A stretch of DNA of 7,776 nucleotides, from IMG/VR virus record IMGVR_UViG_2939152649_000004, positions 1 through 7,776 of that record; one strand, 5' to 3'. The DNA is from a virus (taxonomy: Duplodnaviria; Heunggongvirae; Uroviricota; Caudoviricetes). Both the position numbers and the translations under genes were made by a program. Under the pieces are notes generated by a model, which was given only the letters and a program-made list of their open reading frames with translations, had not been told where the DNA came from and ran no database searches. Below are positions 1 to 6,358 of this stretch, piece by piece. Position 1 is the first letter of the stretch. The number at the start of each line of letters is the position of its first letter.

Positions 1-276
1 TTACCGACTGCGGCCTGAGTTTTTTAAGTGACGTAAAATCGTGTTGAGGCCAACGCCCATAATGCGGGCTGTTGCCCGGCATCCAACGCCATTCATGGCC
101 ATATCAATGATTTTCTGGTGCGTACCGGGTTGAGAAGCGGTGTAAGTGAACTGCAGTTGCCATGTTTTACGGCAGTGAGAGCAGAGATAGCGCTGATGTC
201 CGGCGGTGCTTTTGCCGTTACGCACCACCCCGTCAGTAGCTGAACAGGAGGGACAGCTGATAGAAACAGAAGCCAC
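1..276 (-). CDS. insA: IS1 InsA (transposition regulator, zinc-finger/HTH protein)
   Basis: 91-aa [46 protein letters not shown]...LKNSGRSR, recognised as canonical IS1 InsA. CxxC...CxxC zinc-finger motif is present. Confidence 0.93.
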
Positions 277-308
277 TGGAGCACCTCAAAAACACCATCA
301 TACACTAA

Positions 309-331
309 ATCAGTAAGTTGGCAGCATCACC
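309..331. repeat. IS1 terminal inverted repeat (left end); IS1/flank junction at 331|332
   Basis: Sequence atcagtaagttggcagcatcacc is the reverse complement of the IS1 end GGTGATGCTGCCAACTTACTGAT. Only one IS end is in the window, so no target-site duplication can be assessed. Confidence 0.8.
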
Positions 332-335
332 AGCA

Positions 336-366
336 GTGACAATATAAAATATAGTCTTAATATTAT
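336..366 (+). promoter_or_regulatory. Candidate sigma70-like promoter upstream of the GGDEF ORF, immediately next to the IS1 end
   Basis: gtgaca at 336..341 (5/6 match to TTGACA) followed 17-19 bp later by overlapping AT-rich hexamers aatatt/tattat at 359..366. By-eye call only. Confidence 0.2.
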
Positions 367-388
367 ACAATACTCGCTGAATCGTCAT

Positions 389-1156
389 TTGTCGACGTGG
401 AATATCGTGTACACCAAAATAATATCAGTATTTTGGCTTGTATTACTTATCAGCTCATGCATCAGCATACGTAATTACTCAAAAATATGGTTGTGTATAA
501 TACTTATTTGTATAGTGTCAGTATGCAATAATCTAATTTTATTGTATTTTATTGATAAATCCCATCCTGCATGGTACATGACAAAATTTCTTGAATTGAT
601 ATCAATGATTTATATCATTTCAACACTCATGTATTATGTTTTCAGGAAATTAAATCATGCTAATCATATGGCAATTCATGATCCACTAACGAATACATAC
701 AATAGAAGATACTTTATTGACTCATTGAAGAATATATCAAAACACCATGATTTCTCAGTAATAATGTTAGATATTGACAATTTCAAAAGCATCAATGACA
801 AATGGGGGCATCATATGGGTGATCAAGTCATAGTAATGGTTACCAGAATAATAAAAAAATCCATCAGGAAAGAGGATATATTAGGGCGCTTAGGCGGTGA
901 GGAGTTCGGTATTATCATTAAAGGTAATACTCAAAAGCTCTTGCTATCAATTGCAGAGCGAATCAGAAAAAACATTGAGGAGCAATGCTCGAAAAAATTA
1001 TTATCGCATGGACCTGAGAAAATAACCGTCAGTATTGGTTGTTTTACTTCAAAAGAGAATAATCTCAGTCCATCTGAAATGTTAGTCAATGCCGATAAAG
1101 CGTTATATCAAGCCAAAAGAACCGGAAAGAACAAGGTGATAACTCACTCAAAATAA
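389..1156 (+). CDS. Membrane-anchored GGDEF-domain diguanylate cyclase (predicted active; I-site present); start codon uncertain
   Basis: 255-aa ORF. Three hydrophobic segments in the N-terminal ~85 aa are followed by a GGDEF domain: HDPLTNTYNRRYF, DIDNFKSINDKWGHHMGD, and RKEDILGRLGGEEFGIII, which carries the GGEEF active-site motif with an RxxD motif five residues upstream. The region is visibly AT-rich. The ORF as listed starts at TTG 389; there is no in-frame ATG before codon 63. Confidence 0.85.
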   Translation: MSTWNIVYTKIISVFWLVLLISSCISIRNYSKIWLCIILICIVSVCNNLILLYFIDKSHPAWYMTKFLELISMIYIISTLMYYVFRKLNHANHMAIHDPLTNTYNRRYFIDSLKNISKHHDFSVIMLDIDNFKSINDKWGHHMGDQVIVMVTRIIKKSIRKEDILGRLGGEEFGIIIKGNTQKLLLSIAERIRKNIEEQCSKKLLSHGPEKITVSIGCFTSKENNLSPSEMLVNADKALYQAKRTGKNKVITHSK

Positions 1157-1185
1157 ACACCTTTTTAAAATACAGCCCCAATAAA

Positions 1186-1218
1186 CTGCAGAATATTATC
1201 CCATATAATATCCTGCAG
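1186..1218 (-). terminator. Imperfect inverted repeat/hairpin between the convergent GGDEF and tfa genes; possible terminator for stf-tfa
   Basis: Arms ctgcagaatattat (1186..1199) and ataatatcctgcag (1205..1218) pair at 13 of 14 positions with a 5-nt loop. On the minus strand the hairpin is followed by TTTATTGGGG. It lies 12 nt past the tfa stop. Confidence 0.35.
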
Positions 1219-1229
1219 TTCGTAATGCA

Positions 1230-1814
1230 CTATTCGATAATGGGTCCTGTTGGCCATTCAATATCCGGTGCAGTTGATGTATCAACACGGTTCAGCAATA
1301 CCCGATACTTTTTCCATGCTTCCAGCAACGAGATTTCTTCCTCCGTTGCAATTTCCAGATCTGCAGCATCCTGAAGCGGCGCAATATGCTCACTGGCTAC
1401 CTGCATCAGGCTGTTTTTTGTTTCTTCCGCCTCCCGGATCCGGAACAGTTTTTCTGCTTCCGTATCCTTCACCCAGGCTGTGCCGTTCCACTTCTGATAT
1501 TCCCCTCCCGGCGATAACCAGGTAACATTTTCCGGTAACGGACCGAGTTCAGAAATAAATAACGCGTCGCCGGAAGCCACGTCATAAACCGTTTTACCCC
1601 GATGATTTTCAACGAGATGCCACGATGCCTCATCACTGTTGAAAACAGCCACGAAGCCTGCCGGAATATCTGGCGGTGCAATATCGATACTGTTTGCTGG
1701 CAGACCTGTATGAGGCGGAATATATGCGTCACCTTCACCAATAAATTCATTAGTTCCGGCCAGCAGATTATAAATTTTTATGGTCCGTGGTTGTTCACTC
1801 ATTCTGAATGCCAT
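1230..1814 (-). CDS. tfa: Tail fibre assembly protein Tfa (lambda-like)
   Basis: 194-aa [34 protein letters not shown]..., recognised as lambda Tfa with matching length. Its ATG overlaps the stf stop as TAATG, the arrangement expected for lambda stf-tfa. Confidence 0.93.
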   Translation of the reverse strand: MAFRMSEQPRTIKIYNLLAGTNEFIGEGDAYIPPHTGLPANSIDIAPPDIPAGFVAVFNSDEASWHLVENHRGKTVYDVASGDALFISELGPLPENVTWLSPGGEYQKWNGTAWVKDTEAEKLFRIREAEETKNSLMQVASEHIAPLQDAADLEIATEEEISLLEAWKKYRVLLNRVDTSTAPDIEWPTGPIIE

Positions 1815-3031
1815 TATGCAAGCCTCACAATATAGTTAAATGCGATGTTTTTGACGGTGTTTTCCGCGTTACCAGCAGCGTTAACGGTGATGGTGTGTCC
1901 ATGTGAGCCAATCGCAACCGAGTGCGTATGAGCACCAATACCCACAGTATGTGCGTGTGCACCTGCGCTTGCAGCAGTACCCGATACAGAGTGCGTATGA
2001 GCGCCTGCAGAAGAAGTGTTAACACTGTATTTAGAATAATCAGATGCTCCACTTCCCGGAGCACCACTGGAACCACCTGAAACAAATGTCATCGAATGGG
2101 TATGTGCACCGGCTGAAGCAGCCGTACCGCTAACACTATGGGTATGCGCACCAGTGTTATTCGTGGATTTAGTGCCGTAATCAAACGACGATGTGGTTTT
2201 CGTCCCCAAATCCGTACTGGATGCGCTGGCGCTGTGGGTGTGCGATTTAATGCCGTCCTGTTCCTGAGACAATACGGCCCGACCACTGGCGGGCTTGCCC
2301 TTAATCATCCAGCCACGCATATCAGGGATCACGCCTGACGGATAAGCCGCTGCAAGTTTCGGGTAAGCAGATTTGTCAAAAGTCTGCCCCTGCATCAGGG
2401 CATAACCAGACGGAACGGTATCCGATGGCCACGGGATTGGTGCGCCAGGCGGATAAAACTGCTCTGATGGCGTATAGAGTGAATAAACTGTACCGTCCGT
2501 TAACCCTTCCGGCTTATTAGCAGAATATGCTGGTGACGTATGAATCGTTACGCTGGCATTACTGGTATAATCCCATTGAATATTTACACCAGTCGCATAA
2601 TTTCCGATTGCAACGTAAATATCGTAAGTATCACCAGATGTATTGACCCAGGCAAAATTTGTAAACCCTGCCGATGTGCGCTGCCATAAAGCACCAGTAA
2701 TCCCCTTCGGATTACCATTACCTGCACGCAAAACAAGTTCAGATATACCTGCCTGTTGAGGTGAACCGACGTTATATCCAGCCCCACCAATCAACGTAAT
2801 TGAAACAACAGAACTCGCCTGCGGCATGGTTACCGTTGCTAATTTGAACCAACCAGCACCACCGCTGAATGACATAGTTGTTGAGTTAAGCGTACCAATA
2901 TCTTTCGGTGTCAGTGTTATATCCGCTGAAAGCGCCTTACCATTCACCTTACGGGCAGAAGGTACCCGAAATCCCCTGAAAGCACAGCGGCTGGCTGAGG
3001 AGATAAATAATAAACGGGGAGCTGTATGCAC
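1814..3031 (-). CDS. stf: Side tail fibre protein Stf, C-terminal portion; probably a 5'-truncated remnant
   Basis: C-terminus ...[31 protein letters not shown] is recognised as lambda-type Stf. It contains the tail-fibre motif [17 protein letters not shown] and repeated GAHTHS His motifs. The ORF opens with a GTG and a basic, non-fibre-like ~30-aa leader, the frame closes at 3050..3052, and no tail genes lie upstream. Confidence 0.8.
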   Translation of the reverse strand: MHTAPRLLFISSASRCAFRGFRVPSARKVNGKALSADITLTPKDIGTLNSTTMSFSGGAGWFKLATVTMPQASSVVSITLIGGAGYNVGSPQQAGISELVLRAGNGNPKGITGALWQRTSAGFTNFAWVNTSGDTYDIYVAIGNYATGVNIQWDYTSNASVTIHTSPAYSANKPEGLTDGTVYSLYTPSEQFYPPGAPIPWPSDTVPSGYALMQGQTFDKSAYPKLAAAYPSGVIPDMRGWMIKGKPASGRAVLSQEQDGIKSHTHSASASSTDLGTKTTSSFDYGTKSTNNTGAHTHSVSGTAASAGAHTHSMTFVSGGSSGAPGSGASDYSKYSVNTSSAGAHTHSVSGTAASAGAHAHTVGIGAHTHSVAIGSHGHTITVNAAGNAENTVKNIAFNYIVRLA

Positions 3032-3217
3032 AAAGCATCTCCTGTTGAGTTAAGAACGAGCATTGAGATGGCACATAGCCTCGCTCAAATTGGAGTCAGG
3101 TTTGTGCCAATACCAGTAGAAACAGACGAAGAATTTCATACGTTAGCCGCATCCCTTTCACAAAAGCTGGAAATGATGGTGGCGAAAGCAGAAGCAGATG
3201 AGAGAGACCAGGTATGA
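3026..3217 (+). CDS. Small exo-xis-region protein, lambda Orf63-like (63 aa)
   Basis: 63-aa [70 protein letters not shown] lies 4 nt upstream of the ATG. Length and position relative to the TraR-like ORF and xis/int match lambda orf63; identity is by recollection, not alignment. Confidence 0.65.
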   Translation: MHKASPVELRTSIEMAHSLAQIGVRFVPIPVETDEEFHTLAASLSQKLEMMVAKAEADERDQV

Positions 3218-3293
3218 CAACCACTGAATGCATTTTTCTGGCAGCGGGCTTCATATTCTGTGTGCTTATGCTTGCCGACATGGGACTTGTTCA

Positions 3294-3509
3294 ATGACAC
3301 ATCAGCAGGAAAACGCCCTTCGCAGTATTGCCCGTCAGGCTAATTCTGAAATCAAAAAAGCCAGACAGCAGTTTCCGGATAAAAACGTCGATGACATTTG
3401 CCGTAGCGTACTTAAGAAGCACCGCGAAACGGTAACGCTGATGGGATTCACACCGACTCATTTAAGCCTGGCGATCGGCATGTTAAACGGCGTCTTTAAG
3501 GAACGGTGA
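3294..3509 (+). CDS. Small exo-xis-region protein in the position of lambda orf61 (71 aa from ATG 3294)
   Basis: The ORF track gives 3228..3509, but the internal ATG at 3294 overlaps the stop of an upstream micro-ORF (ATGA-type coupling) and yields MTHQQENALRSIARQANSEIKKARQQFPDKNVDD... Same strand and operon as the orf63-like and TraR-like ORFs. Confidence 0.55.
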   Translation: MTHQQENALRSIARQANSEIKKARQQFPDKNVDDICRSVLKKHRETVTLMGFTPTHLSLAIGMLNGVFKER

Positions 3510-3607
3510 ACATGAAAAGCAAAATCATCAGGGAGCTACAGGTTCCTTTTTTATTGTTCGCATTCATCCTCAAGCGTATTAACCAACAATTCAGGGATTA
3601 ATGGAAG

Positions 3608-3829
3608 ATGGCAGACATCATTGATTCAGCATCAGAAATCGAAGAATTACAGCGCAACACAGCAATAAAAATGCGCCGCCTGAACCACCAGGCTATATCT
3701 GCCACTCATTGTTGTGAGTGTGGCGATCCGATAGATGAACGAAGACGCCTGGTCGTTCAGGGTTGTCGGACTTGTGCAAGTTGCCAGGAGGATCTGGAGC
3801 TTATCAGTAAACAGAGAGGTTCGAAGTGA
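3608..3829 (+). CDS. TraR/DksA-family C4 zinc-finger protein (lambda Orf73-like)
   Basis: 73-aa ORF with CCECG...(17 aa)...CRTCASC, i.e. a CxxC-N17-CxxC zinc ribbon at the C-terminus typical of TraR-like proteins. Length matches lambda orf73 and it sits upstream of xis/int on the same strand. Confidence 0.8.
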   Translation: MADIIDSASEIEELQRNTAIKMRRLNHQAISATHCCECGDPIDERRRLVVQGCRTCASCQEDLELISKQRGSK

Positions 3830-3980
3830 GCGAAATTAACTAGAAGCCAAAGATAAAATCATCGCTGAGCAGGAGAAAATCGCTAACGGAGAAAAGACAG
3901 TAAGTCAGTATATGAAAACCGCATGATATCATCAGATAAAAATCGGTCGTAAAGCGAAATATTAATACCAGAACAAACGA

Positions 3981-4006
3981 GTCGAGGTAAATTATATTAC
4001 CTCGAT
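3981..4006 (-). terminator. Hairpin between the convergent TraR-like gene and the membrane-protein gene; candidate terminator
   Basis: Perfect 8-bp stem cgaggtaa/ttacctcg (3983..3990 with 3997..4004) around loop attata, extendable by a t-a pair and a g.t wobble. The minus-strand side downstream is moderately U-rich. It lies about 35 nt past the stop of the 4040..4642 ORF. Confidence 0.35.
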
Positions 4007-4039
4007 AAATTAACTAAAACTTGCCCGCTATATACTATA

Positions 4040-4642
4040 TCATTCAGTATCATCACGCGCGGTCTGTGCATATGTCACTACCGCACCTAATATATTAATT
4101 TTCTTTTCAACATAGATAATATTATCGTACTCATAATTGCCATACGGATAGCAAATGCGAATATTCTCATGTAGATCGGGGTCATCCACCTCAGCTCCAG
4201 AACAACTTTTTGAACTACCGGAAGTATACCGATACGGTGCAACATAAGACGATGTCTCTCCAGGCAAAAAATAAGTTAGTGTCGTAAGGGGTATAATCAG
4301 AAAAAATCCTGCAAATATGCACATCCCTGCATAAACCTTAAGGTATGCTGACAGACTCTTCCAGCCTCTTTGTTTTACTATCCCCTTCTTAACCCAAAAC
4401 AGAGATAATAGAAAAGCTATTCCCATGCTAAACAGAATGTAATAGTGGGATATACTCTGATTAAGAAACGTGACCCTGTAGATATCTGCCCGCCACCAGA
4501 AGAAAAGGAAAATAAAGATCAGCCCTGAAACTGTCATGCAAATCAAATAAGGATACGAATCTTTTTTCATGTTTAGCGCCCATAAAATTTTTCCTGACCC
4601 GGACAAATTTACCATCCATTTTTTGCGCAGAAAATAGCTCAT
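4040..4642 (-). CDS. Hypothetical integral membrane protein (prophage cargo gene; about 3 TM helices plus a ~70-aa C-terminal domain); start uncertain
   Basis: 200-aa ORF with hydrophobic segments LICMTVSGLIFIFLFFWW, YYILFSMGIAFLLSLFWV and MCIFAGFFLIIPLTTLTYFL, then a hydrophilic Cys/Tyr-containing tail (...CSGAEVDDPDLHENIRICYPYGNYEYDNIIYVEKK...). AT-rich and opposite in orientation to the surrounding operon. Alternative starts at codon 10 or codon 25 (MKKDSYPYL, ATG at 4568..4570). Confidence 0.65.
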   Translation of the reverse strand: MSYFLRKKWMVNLSGSGKILWALNMKKDSYPYLICMTVSGLIFIFLFFWWRADIYRVTFLNQSISHYYILFSMGIAFLLSLFWVKKGIVKQRGWKSLSAYLKVYAGMCIFAGFFLIIPLTTLTYFLPGETSSYVAPYRYTSGSSKSCSGAEVDDPDLHENIRICYPYGNYEYDNIIYVEKKINILGAVVTYAQTARDDTE

Positions 4643-4884
4643 TACTTACTGCACAATAATACACAAAATTGCGTAAATTTTTTGCATGGATTTTAGCTCT
4701 TTCAGCCGACATTTAAGGGGTAAATAGCATTTCCTAAAAGCAACTGCACCAACCCAACAGAATGGGCTACCGCTTACGTTGAGAGCAAAAAAGTGTATAG
4801 CAGCAATGAACAGCATCCTCGCACTGACGAGGATTTCTTTTATCTGAACTCGCTACGGCGGGTTTTGTTTTATGGAGATGATAA

Positions 4885-5052
4885 ATGCACTTCCGAGTCA
4901 CAGGTGAATGGAATGGAGAACCATTCAACAGAGTTATCGAAGCCGAGAACATCAGCGACTGCTATGACCACTGGATGCTGTGGGCGCAGATAGCACATGC
5001 AGACGTAACCAATATTCGAATTGAAGAACTGAAAGAACACCAAGCCGCCTGA
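4885..5052 (+). CDS. Small protein upstream of xis (lambda orf55-like, 55 aa)
   Basis: ATG at 4885 preceded by GGAG at 4874..4877; translation MHFRVTGEWNGEPFNRVIEAENISDCYDHWMLWAQIAHADVTNIRIEELKEHQAA. Not in the ORF track because it is under 60 aa. Position and length match the 55-codon ORF next to xis in lambda. Confidence 0.6.
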   Translation: MHFRVTGEWNGEPFNRVIEAENISDCYDHWMLWAQIAHADVTNIRIEELKEHQAA

Positions 5053-5064
5053 TGGCGGTTTTTT
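5044..5064 (+). terminator. GC-rich hairpin plus T6 run overlapping the orf55 stop; intrinsic-terminator-like
   Basis: gccgcc (5044..5049), loop tgat, ggcggt (5054..5059) gives a 6-bp stem including one G.U pair, followed by tttttt. Function not established. Confidence 0.45.
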
Positions 5065-5065
5065 C

Positions 5066-5105
5066 TTGCGTGTAATTGCGGAGACTTTGCGATGTACTTG
5101 ACACT
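5066..5105 (+). promoter_or_regulatory. pI-type int promoter region with cII-binding box TTGC-N6-TTGC
   Basis: TTGC at 5066..5069 and 5076..5079 separated by 6 bp, immediately upstream of the xis ATG at 5092. In lambda the cII-activated pI promoter sits at the xis start with its transcript beginning inside xis. Confidence 0.55.
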
Positions 5106-5310
5106 TCAGGAGTGGAACGCACGCCAGCGACGCCCAAGAAGCCTTGAAACAGTTCGTCGATGGGTACGCGAGTGCAGGATATTCCCTCCTCCGGTAAAGG
5201 ATGGAAGAGAGTATCTGTTCCACGAATCAGCGGTAAAGGTTGACTTAAATCGACCAGTAACAGGTAGCCTTTTGAAGAGGATCAGAAATGGGAAGAAGGC
5301 GAAGTCATGA
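5092..5310 (+). CDS. xis: Excisionase Xis (lambda)
   Basis: 72-aa ORF MYLTLQEWNARQRRPRSLETVRRWVRECRIFPPPVKDGREYLFHESAVKVDLNRP..., recognised as near-identical to lambda Xis. It overlaps the int start as in lambda. Confidence 0.96.
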   Translation: MYLTLQEWNARQRRPRSLETVRRWVRECRIFPPPVKDGREYLFHESAVKVDLNRPVTGSLLKRIRNGKKAKS

Positions 5311-6358
5311 GCGCCGGGATTTACCCCCTAACCTTTATATAAGAAACAATGGATATTACTGCTACAGGGACCCAAGGACGGGTAAAGAGTTTGGATTAGG
5401 CAGAGACAGGCGAATCGCAATCACTGAAGCCATACAGGCCAACATTGAGTTATTTTCAGGACACAAACACAAGCCTCTGACAGCGAGAATCAACAGTGAT
5501 AATTCCGTTACGTTACATTCATGGCTTGATCGCTACGAAAAAATCCTGGCCAGCAGAGAAATCAAGCAGAAGACACTCATAAATTACATGAGCAAAATTA
5601 AAGCAATAAGGAGGGGTCTGCCTGATGCTCCACTTGAAGACATCACCACAAAAGAAATTGCGGCAATGCTCAATGGATACATAGACGAGGGCAAGGCGGC
5701 GTCAGCCAAGTTAATCAGATCAACACTGAGCGATGCATTCCGAGAGGCAATAGCTGAAGGCCATATAACAACAAACCCTGTCGCTGCCACTCGCGCAGCA
5801 AAATCAGAGGTAAGGAGATCAAGACTTACGGCTGACGAATACCTGAAAATTTATCAAGCAGCAGAATCATCACCATGTTGGCTCAGACTTGCAATGGAAC
5901 TGGCTGTTGTTACCGGGCAACGAGTTGGTGATTTATGCGAAATGAAGTGGTCTGATATCGTAGATGGATATCTTTATGTCGAGCAAAGCAAAACAGGCGT
6001 AAAAATTGCCATCCCAACAACATTGCATGTTGATGCTCTCGGGATATCAATGAAGGAAACACTTGATAAATGCAAAGAGATTCTTGGCGGAGAAACCATA
6101 ATTGCATCTACTCGTCGTGAACCGCTTTCATCCGGCACAGTATCAAGGTATTTTATGCGCGCACGAAAAGCATCAGGTCTTTCCTTCGAAGGGGATCCGC
6201 CTACCTTTCACGAGTTGCGCAGTTTGTCTGCAAGACTCTATGAGAAGCAGATAAGCGATAAGTTTGCTCAACATCTTCTCGGGCATAAGTCGGACACCAT
6301 GGCATCACAGTATCGTGATGACAGAGGCAGGGAGTGGGACAAAATTGAAATCAAATAA
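5288..6358 (+). CDS. int: Tyrosine integrase Int (lambda)
   Basis: 356-aa ORF MGRRRSHERRDLPPNLYIRNNGYYCYRDPRTGKEFGLGRDRR...DKIEIK, recognised as near-identical to lambda Int. The catalytic region includes HELRSLSARLY and the tyrosine in ...MASQYRDDRG. Confidence 0.97.
   Translation: MGRRRSHERRDLPPNLYIRNNGYYCYRDPRTGKEFGLGRDRRIAITEAIQANIELFSGHKHKPLTARINSDNSVTLHSWLDRYEKILASREIKQKTLINYMSKIKAIRRGLPDAPLEDITTKEIAAMLNGYIDEGKAASAKLIRSTLSDAFREAIAEGHITTNPVAATRAAKSEVRRSRLTADEYLKIYQAAESSPCWLRLAMELAVVTGQRVGDLCEMKWSDIVDGYLYVEQSKTGVKIAIPTTLHVDALGISMKETLDKCKEILGGETIIASTRREPLSSGTVSRYFMRARKASGLSFEGDPPTFHELRSLSARLYEKQISDKFAQHLLGHKSDTMASQYRDDRGREWDKIEIK

Larger units (their letters stand above)
1..331 (-). mobile_element. 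IS1 insertion sequence, partial: left end with insA; the rest of the element lies beyond the window start
   Basis: Minus-strand translation of 1..276 reads as IS1 InsA. The reverse complement of 309..331 is GGTGATGCTGCCAACTTACTGAT, which I recognise as the IS1 terminal inverted repeat. The window begins at the insA stop codon. Confidence 0.9.

Noticed and set aside
93-305. 70-aa minus-strand ORF overlapping insA in another frame
   Set aside because: It lies wholly inside the well-recognised insA/IS1 end and has no recognisable features. IS1 insB lies downstream of insA, outside the window.
1250-1835. Three ORFs (1250..1525 +, 1469..1750 -, 1602..1835 +) overlapping tfa
   Set aside because: They are alternative-frame or antisense ORFs inside a confidently identified tfa gene; the translations are low-complexity with no motifs.
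1825-3053. ORFs 1825..2085 -, 2089..2286 -, 2138..2338 +, 2584..2790 -, 2826..3053 + overlapping stf
   Set aside because: They sit in alternative frames within the stf coding region. The 3' part of 2826..3053 (…[24 protein letters not shown]) could be the tail of a deleted upstream gene at the junction, but I cannot support calling it a gene.
3096-3281. 61-aa minus-strand ORF antisense to the orf63-like gene
   Set aside because: It is antisense to a compact, translationally coupled operon and shows no ribosome-binding site or motif.
3228-3293. N-terminal extension of the orf61-position ORF (start at 3228)
   Set aside because: The extension is Cys/His-rich and overlaps the 27-aa micro-ORF. 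The ATG at 3294 with ATGA-type coupling to the upstream stop is the more parsimonious start; this remains uncertain.
4461-4712. 83-aa minus-strand ORF overlapping the 5' part of the membrane-protein ORF in another frame
   Set aside because: The 200-aa frame carries the coherent transmembrane-helix pattern; this overlapping frame is hydrophilic low-complexity and probably spurious.
4767-5223. ORFs 4767..4952 -, 4793..4993 +, 4870..5223 -, 4952..5137 - around orf55/xis
   Set aside because: They overlap the recognised orf55 and xis genes in other frames or antisense. The lambda gene order leaves no room for additional genes here.
5584-6107. Antisense ORFs 5584..5790 and 5910..6107 inside int
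   Set aside because: They lie inside a near-identical lambda int gene; random antisense ORFs.
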